Source: Lytechinus pictus
Lineage: Eukaryota
Direction of reading: 5' to 3'
DNA: 64,000 bases
Assembly: GCF_037042905.1 (NCBI RefSeq)
Contig: NC_087249.1
Location: forward strand, 7,070,001-7,134,000
The notes beneath the pieces are model-generated. The model had not been told where the DNA came from. It made no database searches and saw nothing but the letters and a program-made list of their open reading frames with translations. Every line of letters starts with the position of its first letter. Position 1 is the first letter of the stretch. Both the position numbers and the translations under genes were made by a program. Shown one piece after another: positions 36,352 through 48,300 of this stretch.

Positions 36352-39300
36352 AAGTACATGTAGTAGTAGTAGTAGTTGCAGCAGTAGCAGCAGTAGTAGT
36401 AGTAACGATAATAAGAAAAATAACAATAATTATAATAATAATAATAGCCACACTTTAGAAGCAATTGTCGCAGGAGAAAATTTAATGTCAAGGTTCCAAG
36501 AAGTATCTTGATATTGATTTTCACTACAATCAGCCAATCAGATACAAGTATTTTGGTCGCTTATAGGACATCCGCCCCCCCCCCCCCAAAAAAAAAGCTT
36601 CAGGAAAAACTGCATAGGATGCCGACTAAGACCGTCCTCATATCATGTCTGTCATGTCTAGCAAAACATTGACATACAACAAGCTTTCAGTCAGCATTGT
36701 AAGGAAGGGGTGTGTTTATTGCATAACAAACAATGTTGCACTTACCGCCTCTTGTAACCTTCTGCTACGATGCTGTTAAGAGTGTCAGTTACCAAGGCAA
36801 GCTGGTTGCTGCTTAGATCCAACCTCACGTGGTCCGATAGACTCTGTAAAGCACTGCAAGTCAGAAGAAACATTGAATACATGTTCATGTTGCGCTTATC
36901 TTAACAAAGCATTCACTTGATCGGGGTATAAAAAGACAAGTCATCCATCCATTCCTTTATATGATCATTATCTACTTACTTGTAAATACCAGAGTTGCCA
37001 GTGTCGGTCAGCGCGGAGTACCAGGTAACCCAAAGATCGGACGTGGTCGTATCTTCACTAATGACCACATCAGCTGTACCATAAGTGCTTTCCACACTAA
37101 CAAGAGAAAAGGACAAACATTGTGCGATGTTTGAAAAACAGAGAGGTGTATTTCACTTGTTACACATTTTAATAATAATAACAACAATAATAATAATATG
37201 CATTTATATAGCACAAAATCTATTTCTATGGAACCAAAGTAATATCTCCACATTGTGAAAGTCATAAAACAAATAACTCAATTCAAGTTTCTATTGCCTT
37301 TAAGAAAAACAATCCTTCACCACATGTCAATCAGTTTGCTTGGTAGAACGCTTAATATAAATATTTTTTAGTTAAGTCCTTCAGTTTGTACGCCCTTGCA
37401 TTATGTTAGTTGGGTTGTTTAATCAAATGGTGTGACGGAATATGGTTCCAAGAGAAAACAAACGAAAAAACATTTAACTACTTAAGGACGTTCCACAGTT
37501 AAAGTGAAATCCATGTCATTTTCACCAAACTTTGCACATAGATACTTTAGAACCTTAATATTCGAAATATGCAAAAATTAACATAGGTCCATGTGCTTGA
37601 TTTTTTGCTATAGAGCTTCAAAGTTCACCCAAATTGATGTTCTTAAGAATTGCGCATTCTAAATAATTTGGCATTTTTAGACCGCCCAAGATTACTACAA
37701 TGAGTTTAAACCTCCATTACTCATTCAAAATACATGAAAAAGTCATCAAATTTCGCAAGAGAGTTAATAATTATATCGTTAGAATGGAGAATCTATTAAT
37801 AGTGCTATTTGTTTGCAATTTTAAGTTTAACAGCACTGTCAGTTCTTAAAAATTTCAGTAACAAACTACAAACGTACAATAAATGCTGCACTTTATTCAA
37901 AATCCATGTCATTTTCACCAAAATTTGCAGAGTTGTAGAGGAAGGTATACCTAAGAGGTACAAACATTAAAAAATAGGGGTTCATGTGCTTGTTTTTAAA
38001 CTATCAGCATTTTTATTAGAGCAAATGTGCTTTTTAAAACACCAAAAATGGGCCGAATGCTCAGTATCTATGTGAAGAAAAAATAAAAACCACTCTACCA
38101 TTTATTCAAACTCGGGCTAATATTCGTGATTCTTGGCAGCACTGCAGAGTAAAGTATTTTGAAATTGTAGAGAATATTTTTTTGAATGGTCCATGGAATA
38201 ATTCAATTTTTTAGCTTCATGAAATAACGCATCGGATCTGCAGTTAAAGTGCAGAAGATGAGAAAAATCAGCTCATAACCGCAGCTAATTAATCACCTGT
38301 TCATCCATTGTGACGTCAGCGCGCAGAGTGTAAACTATGCGCAGATCATAATGCGCACAAATATAACTGTGGAACGTCCTTAAAAGATTTTCAGCATTGA
38401 CAAATATATAGAACTTTGAATAACCACAATTAACCCACTTGGGTGAATTCCAGTACAGTGTTGGTGTTTGTGTTACACATACATGTATGTCAAGAGCTAG
38501 GACCAGAATGCTGTACTGAAATCCAAGTAGACAAAAATAAACAAAAAGAGGGGTGGGGAATAGACAGAAATAAATTTGGGGAAAAGCAAAAAAAGCTAAA
38601 TGGCTAACCTTGCTCCATTATTAGCTGTGATAAGCCTGACTTGGAACTGCTTGGGGAAATTCTCTGATGAGGGTGGGTTGTCAGGTGTCAGCGTGATGGT
38701 GACTGTCAGACGACGCTGTTTCAAGGGGGATAAAGGGAGAAAATCATCATTAATTATTGTTTAAACGTTTGATGTGCACTGAGTAGAGGGCATTCTTTCT
38801 CCCTCCCCTCTCGATCTCTCTCTTCCCTCTTTCTTTCTCCCTATCTCTCCTTTTCTTTTTCTCTCCCGCTATCGCTTCCTTCCTTTCTTACTCTTTGTTA
38901 ACTTTACAATGTTCTGCATTGGGTGTGTGCTGGTATGCTGGGGTGATTGTGTGTGTATGAGGCATGTTTTCTTTTTATCTGTTTTACACTTTAATAATCT
39001 AAGATCTGTTTTGTTTTCTCGATTATTGTACAGGGCCCCATCCTCGCAAGCTATGCTTTTCTTGGGGTCCTTCCGATTTCTATCCATGAATTTTGTATGT
39101 ATTTATTTTGATTGAGTTTTTAATGGAAAATAAATGAACTGTATAACTGTATTACAAGGTCTGAAAAATTCCAATCAGAGACAAAATGCTGTTTCAAGGG
39201 AAATAGGGAGAAATCATCACTAAAACAAGAAAAATTTCTTACTTTTGTACATTATTTATTCAAAATTGGATAAAAATATGAATTTGATTGATCCAATTAT

Positions 39301-42300
39301 AAAAGGAATCACACCAGGCAAAAATAATTTCTTTGTTTTCAGAGGTTACTTTTCACAACTTTCTGCCTAATCTACAACATTGGATAAGCTTTAGCATTGC
39401 GATGAATGGGGATTTCCAGGGCTCCATTTCTTAGCTTCCAAGGCTGTTTTGAGCATTTCGAGGCTAAATCGCCCCCAGCCCAAGTGCAATTTTTTTATCC
39501 CTGAATCACACATATACATATAAAGCATTTATTTCAACTTCTATATTAAAGAGTGAAGACGAAGTTAAAGTTCCAAAGGATAAGCTCTGTGGCCCTCCGT
39601 GCCCATTATAACTCAACAAAGCGGGGCCACGCCTGCTGTGGTAGTAGGTAACTAGAGGCTACTGATTAAATTGACCAAATGATCATTGTTACCTGCCCAG
39701 GGGCCCATAACAAAAAAAGCATAGCGATCGTCTTAGAACATTTTTTAATGATTGATTGCACGGTACAATCAATCATAAAAATGAAGCTTACGGGTAACTT
39801 TTGTGGTACGGGACCCTGGGCCCCAACTTAAAAAATTTGCTCTGATAGCAAATCTTGCTGGAATTTATCAATTACCATGACAACAATAAATTCTGCTTCC
39901 TGATTGGTTCTTCCAATGAAAGTTGACGTTCCAGCAATATCTGCCATTGTAGCCACTTTTTTTATGAAACAGGGCCCTGGGTCCCATAACACAAAGGTTA
40001 GCGATCAATCGTGCACTTGAGTTTCACGATTGATTATACATTGAAGTCAATGCAATCAATCATTAAAAGATATTCTACAATGATTGCTAAGCTTTGCATT
40101 GCGGCCCCTGGAGCAAAGACCGAGGTAGAGGTCCAAAAAGCAGGTTGTACGCCCCTCTGAGCTCCCCAATAGCTTGATAGAAGATAATACCCAAGTTGCT
40201 GGTACTGGGACAAATACCAAAGTAGAGGGGTAAGCTCTACATTCCTCAGTACCCCCCTTATGGTAGGTCAGAGGGCCGTATCCACTATGGTGGTAGCTGA
40301 ATGACTAGAATTATGCTTTAAAAAAGGATTTTTAACCTGACATGGGGCAAAGACCAAGGAGTAGTCTGAGGAGTAAGCTCTGCGCCCCCTACGGCAAGAC
40401 AGAGGGCCACATCCACTGTAGTAGAACCTAGCCTATTATTAACAGACAATATATCAGGTTCTTACCTGTCCAGGAGCAAAAACCAAGGTAGAGGCCTGCG
40501 AGGTAAACTCTGCACCCCCGATGGCTGGATAGACCGTCACACCCGCTGTGGTGGTAGGCGACTGGAGCTGACCGGTGGACCAACTGACCCTAACAGTCTT
40601 GGATGTCCCTCCGACCCTCTCAACGGTCAGGCTGACCTCGACAGCAGAGGTGTCAACACTCACAAGCCTTTATAAAACAAAAATTGATGAAAGTTTATCT
40701 TAAAATTCCACATGCAAGGAGAGAGGAGCCAAATTATTTGCCATCTAGTTCGATGTATAGGGAGTTCTTTCTTTATCAGGTTTATTATAGAGTATGTATG
40801 ATACAGTGATGGCATATTTTAACAGAATATAAATTACACATTATAGATTGCTATCTTAAATAGTCACATCATTAATCATAAACTAAGGATAAATCCAAAC
40901 TTTATCTATGCTTCTTGTTTCAAAAAGTGCACATCGGAGCTAATATACGTTATCCTTCAAGGTGTTTGGCTAAGACGAAAGAGCCTGACTGTGCCATTGG
41001 TTGATTTTAAGAATCGTGACTATCATCATCATCATCGTTGTCATCATCACCATCATCATCGTCATCATAATCATTGTTGTCATCATCATCCATCGCCACC
41101 ACCATCATCATCGTTGTTGTAATCGACATCATCGTCATCGACATCATCATAACAACCATGACCAACATGATGCATGTACATGTATTGTTGCAGTAAAAAT
41201 ATCAAGAATCCACGTAAGTTTGCAGTCATATTACCTTGATTCTTGAGAGAACTGCAGAAGTCCATTGGGGAAGTCACTATCAGCCATGGTCACGTTGGCA
41301 AACAACCTGTTGCTGGCAGCCAGGACGGCGCCCTCTCCCACTCCCGTCAGCTCAACCAGGAAGGACTGGGCAAACTCGGGAGCTTCGTCATTTCTGAGGG
41401 TGATGGGGAGGGAGCAGTAGCGCATGCCGCCCTCGCAGGTGACATCACCCACGACCTTTTCCAGCTGAGCAGAGAGGTCACGGTTACTTGCAACATCCTC
41501 CGATTGGCTGTACATGGCTCGCCAGTTGACCTGTAGGTCAAGAATTGAACATGTAGCTTTAAATCTACAGTGCACTACAAAGGTCAAAGGTTAAACTAAA
41601 TGTCAAGAAAATAATGAAATTAATCATACTATATATGAGATAATGCAAAAATCAGACAGAGAATAAAATTCAGAGTCATCATAATTCATAACCCCAAGGC
41701 TTTTCATGATTGAAGATTTCTCCCATGTGCTACATGTATAACAATCTTTTAGATCTACATGTATGACATGTTATAGATTGATGATGATTAAATAGTGGAA
41801 GCAATTTAAGGATTGAAAGTGTAAACATCATTTAAGAGAAACATACATGTAAACAAAACCAAATGTCTTGATTTCCAGTCTACACAAATACATACATGTA
41901 ACACTGCATTTGAGTTCTTTTTACAGAGGAATTTTGGTCTCAAACATTCCTCTGGCAGCATTAAAATCAATTCAGAGCAATTTGGAGGGAAATACAAATA
42001 AGAAATCAACACAACGATTAAAAAGAAACTCACTGTGACATTTTCAAAGAAAGCTTCTCCACGATCCAGAGTTAGTGTCACAACAGGGTTCACGTCCTCG
42101 TAGACGGTGACGTAAAGCGAGACGTCACTGAATCCTATGATACCGTTGTAATTGTCATTGCCGGCAATTATCACTTCAGTAAATCCCTGTCAACGGCAAA
42201 AATAGATAGATTTAGAATTCAAGATAAATGAAAGCTGAAATAGCATTTCAGCTGTCAAAACAGCACTACTTGAGCCCTTACGATATTCAGAATGGGGGCC

Positions 42301-45300
42301 TGTTTCACAAATAGTTAAGTGTGATAAATAATAAGTTCTTCATGTTTCTCTTACAATACCACAAGGGTTACACTACAACCGCTGCGTGATGCCTGTCTAT
42401 GAAAAAATATCATAGACAGACCGGGTGGGATTCGAACCCACGACCTTTGGATTCCTAGATCAGTGTCACAACCACTAGACCACTTGAGTGCCCTTAGTGA
42501 TCTGGGTTCAAGGTATCCCAAGCTATCCCAGGGCCCCATCGTACAAAGAATTGCAATTGATCCGATCAATTACAACTATGGACGGCCAGCAACGTCAACT
42601 TCTATTATTCAAGTTTGTTCAAAATATTTTCTAAGTATGATGTATATTCATGCATTAATTGTTTTTCATTGAAAATTCACTGTGCTTCTCTTTGTTTACA
42701 AAGGACATTGTGCAAATTTCCTGTAAAACAAATTATGGCACTGATGGATTTCCCTAGAATTATGACTGATTGGATCAATCGTAACACTTTGTAAGACGGG
42801 GCCCAATTAAGTACATGTATGACTTCTAGTCAGATTAATGAACAATGCAAAAATATATTGCACAACTCATTATGTAAATTACACATCTTCTGCATCGTAA
42901 GATCTTCTGAATTGGACTTCATTCAGGGACCTCTTTCTAAAAGTCCACAGAAATCACTTATGAACTTGTGCTTCAGCATTCTACAAACTTAGGTTTATGA
43001 TGGCTTCATGAAACCAGCCCCAGAGCACGGGTCATCTAGTTTTACCTTCAATCCCCCATCACTGTCCCCCTGAGCGATGCGTGCCCCGCCCTCGGGTTGG
43101 CTAAGATAGATGAAGAAGACTTCATCTGGTTCTGGGATGTCATCACTGTTGACTGTCAGGTATATACTTGTGCTTGTCTCTCCTTCCTAATAAAAGCAAA
43201 TGAAAGGTGAATGATGATGGTTTACACTACATTCAAAGCTTTTTTGATAACATGATATTTTATTGGGCATTAGTGCCCCCACTTTGTGGAATGCACTCTC
43301 TTCAACAATATGCAATGCCAAGTCTATAGTCATTCAAAGCCATCATATTTCAAATAATGACTCCCCCCCCCCCCTTTCTGTGTAATAATTCCCTCTGCAC
43401 CTCTGAATAGGAAACTAATGTATAGAAGGTGCACTCTAAATGCAATATATTATCAGTATTATCATTATTTGGACATAATGATACTGCAAAACTAAATGTT
43501 CAGATAGAATACTGGACAGCCACATTTTCACGTAAATACATGTACCATTAACCCTAAATATACTGGGCTATTTCGATGCGATGTTTTCTAAATTTCTTAT
43601 GTATTTCTTTGTTTTTCGACTTTCTGTTTTTCATTATTTTTTCAATGGAAATTGTCGGGGACTTTATTTTGACCATAAATAAGATGGAATTAATTGATTT
43701 TAATCAGTAAAAGGAAAAATAATGATACATCTCTGTACATTTATGAATTGTGGATAATAACACTATTTGCATCGGATTTGTACACAAATTCATGTTTTTG
43801 AGCAATTTTGAGTCTGCATGCACTTACAACATGTTGCGTAATTTCGGAGCCTCGAACCTGGGGGTCGCAATTTTGGTCTCAAAAGTTGCGTAAGACTTGA
43901 ATGTAAAAAGTCAGCGAGCGACGCGATCAACAAATTTTGGGCGGCGGATTTATCACGAAAAATGTCGAGGGGGGAGGGCTGAATCAGCCCCCCCCCCCCC
44001 AGTCTTCTTAGGGTTAAAAGGAAATCAAACTTTACAGTAAATATGCAAATCTTCTTTCTTCGTATTGCTCAATCAAATTGTTAGATTCAATATTTCGAAT
44101 AGCAGTGTGAATGAACAGAAGAACAAACAAATGATTTCCTAAATTTATTTTCAATAATAACCAGCAAACTAGACTAGTCAGGTTAGAATAGAAATTCAAT
44201 TTTTCCAAATTTTAACTTAAGTTATAACAGGTTCTCTTCTTACTTTCCACCGGAGCAGTTTGTCTCCAAGCTCTGTCTCTCTATATTGTGCTGTCTTAAT
44301 CTACCACTCTCTGCCTCTCTTACTACATGTACATGTACCTCCACCCCATCTCTCTCCCCCCCCCCTCGTTTTTCTGTACCTTTGTGTCTTAATGTGTGTT
44401 TCTCTTCCTACATTTTCCCTTTCTCTGTCCGTGTATCTGTCTGTCTGTCTGTCACTCTCTCTCTTTGAACATCAATCAAGAGTCGACACACTTCACTTTC
44501 AGACTCGTAAACTTTTCTGTCTCCATGTATTCATCTTTTTCATCTTATTCATCTCTTTGTCCTCTACTCACATTCAATATCAATTCTTCCTCCAGAAGTT
44601 GGTAATCAGCATCAACCTCGGCAAATTTCTGTCCCTGCGTGTTAGCCAAGGCCTCCTCAATCGTATTTGACCTGTTGGAGACTTGACCAACGAGGGAGCC
44701 CTGCCAATTTTCACCACCGCCAACAGTTCTCGCTCTGACACGGATGGTTCCATATGAGCCTCCTAAACAAGACAAAGGATTTGTGTAAATGATTATTAAG
44801 AATATTAATAATAAATTATATGTATAAGGAATATACTTGTTTTAAATTGAGACACCTAAAATAAATATTTATTGTGGGAAACTAGCTACATTAGTACAGT
44901 GTAAGTGGAATAATTGGAATAATTTTTTTTATTATGGTTGATTATACAGAATTGGCTTGTTGTGCAAAATGCAATATCTGAATAGAGCTTTAATGGTAGC
45001 TGGAAATTAACTTTTCCGTCGTTTTTTTTTCAAATCTAAAGATAGACCTAACAGTTGTATTATTTCACCATGCTAATCAACAAACTAACCTGTTCTTTGA
45101 ACGATGAATGTGAGAGTCTTGCTGGAATCTTCAGCTTCATCTGTTACCATGGTAACAGGGACAATGCCTAATACGCCGTACGGGTCATTACTACCCTCTA
45201 TGGTGACCTCGGCCGTTGAGTAGATAGAGCTGAGCTTGGGACTGGGGCCTGGAAAGAAAAATGCAAAATGAAATCAGTGCTATCAACATCCTTTTACTCA

Positions 45301-48300
45301 TTACGTGTCAGGATAAATGGACAGAAATAAATGTCATATCCTTCAAAATATCATGTACATGACTGTTCATTTTCCTATTAAAGTGTAATAACAAACTATA
45401 CTACATGTGCATGTACATTCCAATGATTTGTTTCAAACTTTGATGAATGCAGAAAACCAATCAATATAATTATTTCATTAAAATCAAAAGAAAGAAGATC
45501 CCAAGGACCTTAATTTTTTTTTTTCGTGAATGAGGTATTGAAGCTTGATTAGATCTGGCTTAACAGCATGTAAAAACTGTGATCCATTTAAGTAATTACT
45601 GTATACAATCTTTATATTTGTTTATTTTACTTTTATAATTATCTCCATACACACGGCATATCTTCTAACCTTTCACTATATCTTTCAGCGCATCACAGCC
45701 ACAGGGACTCTATAATATGAGCAATACGCAATAGACAAGTATTGTTCATTATTACTATTAATGTTATTTAGGTTGCTATGCTGCTCCTCTATATCAGTTT
45801 CTAATATACAGTGAACTCAATTTTGTTTCCATTGCTACTTAATGATTTTTGTTTCTTTATTCATTATGTTACCCTACTGCCCAATGAATATTTAATCAGA
45901 CAAAATTAACGAATACGGTAACCACCTTTCTTGGGCGGAGGCATGAAAAATCATACAAGTAGGTACTTACCTTGCCCTGATCCAATGGGGAGTCTCTGCA
46001 CACTCGTGATATTGACAAAAAATATCTTATCCAACTCCGGTTCTGTGTCCTCCAAGAGCGGTACGATGATGGTCGCACTGCGCTGTGTGTTCGCGAGGGT
46101 CACGGCACCGCTGGTGACAGCAGTGTAATCTTCGCCCGGTATAGCGGTGTAAGCAACGGTGATGTAGGTGACGCGGACACTGCCCAATGTACCCACTGCT
46201 CTCTCAAGCTCCAGAGATACCTGTAATGGATGACATAATAATAGTTTCAATTATCTTTGCCAATGAAACCCTCTCACTCTCATGATCCACAAAGAACACA
46301 AATGAAAGATTTTTTTTTTTACATCATTGTTTATATATTTTTTGTCACCTGCACCAGTATTACACAGTCAAACCTGTTTCTAAAGACCAAGTTTTTTTTT
46401 ATCATTGTTTTTATATTATTTGTCACCTGCATAAGGGAGATGAGAAAAGTGATTTTTATGAGCAGGTGGTCTAGGAGATGATTCCAGTAAAGCATGTTTC
46501 TACATCAACTCTATCAATTAAATCCAACTTAAAACTGATAATTGATGACACCCCCAATGCTCGAAAGACATCTCCATGCAGTTTAGGTAACATGTCTTTC
46601 CTTTCTTTTTCATGAAAATTCAAAAGACACATCATCTACCTGTTGGTCTGTTTCTTGAACAACGATCTGTCTCGAGCCATCGCTGAACCCGACGATGCCG
46701 TACGGATCGATCCTAGCCGTGTCATAGCCATCCCAAGCCACGGCACCGCCAGCGACGTTAGAGAAAACATTGGTGATGTGCACAGCAAAGAGTTCGGTGT
46801 CTAAACCAGTCGGGCTCAGCTAAAAATATAAAATAAATGGGGGAAAAAGATGTGAGCAAAGTAATGCATGACTTGTAATACTTGTATAAATTGCTTTTCA
46901 AGTCAAACCCTTCTCCAAGATCTTGGACGGTAACTGATAAATTATGATGAAAATTTAAACTCATGTTGCTGTGACGCAATAGCCATGATAACTGTTCCAT
47001 GACCTTTGCTCCAGCGACAATTGCTCCGCTGTAAATTCCACACACTAATGGGATGACAAACTTCAACACTGGATTTAACACTACACCCTATCCTAAACCT
47101 AACATAAAACCCTATAGCAACCGTAACCCTATATCTTAGACGAACAAAGCCCAGAGCAAACGTGGTGTCACCCTGCGAAACAAACTCCCATGTTCAGGAG
47201 AATCAGGGGACTGTTTCATGAAAGTTGTCAGCACTGACAAGATGTCTTTCTCCGACAGTTACCATAGTAACAGTCAGAGAGCAGAGCTTTTCAGCCAATC
47301 AAAAGCAAGGATTTCACTGAAATAGTCAGCACTGGCAATTTATATAGTACTGACAACTTTCATGACACACCCCCCAGGTACTTACCGTGACGGTGAACGT
47401 CTCGGTAGACTCTCCTTGGACGAGCCTGATCTGACCCGTGCTCGGGGTCACGACACCGTCCATGAAGCCTACTGGGATTTCACCACTTTTATATCCCGTC
47501 TGCCATGTAACATCCACGTTACCATAAGTACCCAGACGCTGGATGGTGATCGTCACCTCCAGAGTTGCTAAAAAAAATACAGACAAAATAGTGAAAGTAA
47601 ATTTGTTGACTGGATTTTCTGTCTGATGTTGCTTTAATTTCTTTTTATGATGTCTCCTGTTGGCAATCATGGTTTATATTTTGATTGGTATATATAAAAT
47701 TTATATCTCGCTTGTCATATTTTGAGCCCACCATATACATGTACAAGCTTCGCTTTTTAGTGGGATCCTCCATTTTCACAAATTATAAATCACGAATCCT
47801 TTACGAATGGTTATTTTGTATGTAACTTTCTTATAACATGTCTTTTTCAAGTTGATTTAATGACCTTGGTATATTTTTTATGATGCTGACTTGTTATGAT
47901 TGTATTTATTTGATTTATATTTTGTTAAAAATGAAATAAATGAAATGAAAATGAAATGAAACATGTACAAGTCACATTTGCTGGTAAAATGTCTACAAGT
48001 ATAAGCATTATCAATATGTAATAGTGGATAAAGTGAATATCCATTTTGCAGGTTAAAATACCATTTACTATGAACCATGATGACTGCATTTCTAGAATTA
48101 GAATAACTAACATTGCCATCAACGCCACAATTATTATTTAAATCATCACCATTATTATCATACTTCATCATCATCACTACCACCACCACCAGCATTACCA
48201 TCATCATCACTATCATATTCATCATCACCACCATCATAATTATTATCATCATAATCACCATCACATTCATCTAACTAAGTCCTCTAACAATAATATTTCA

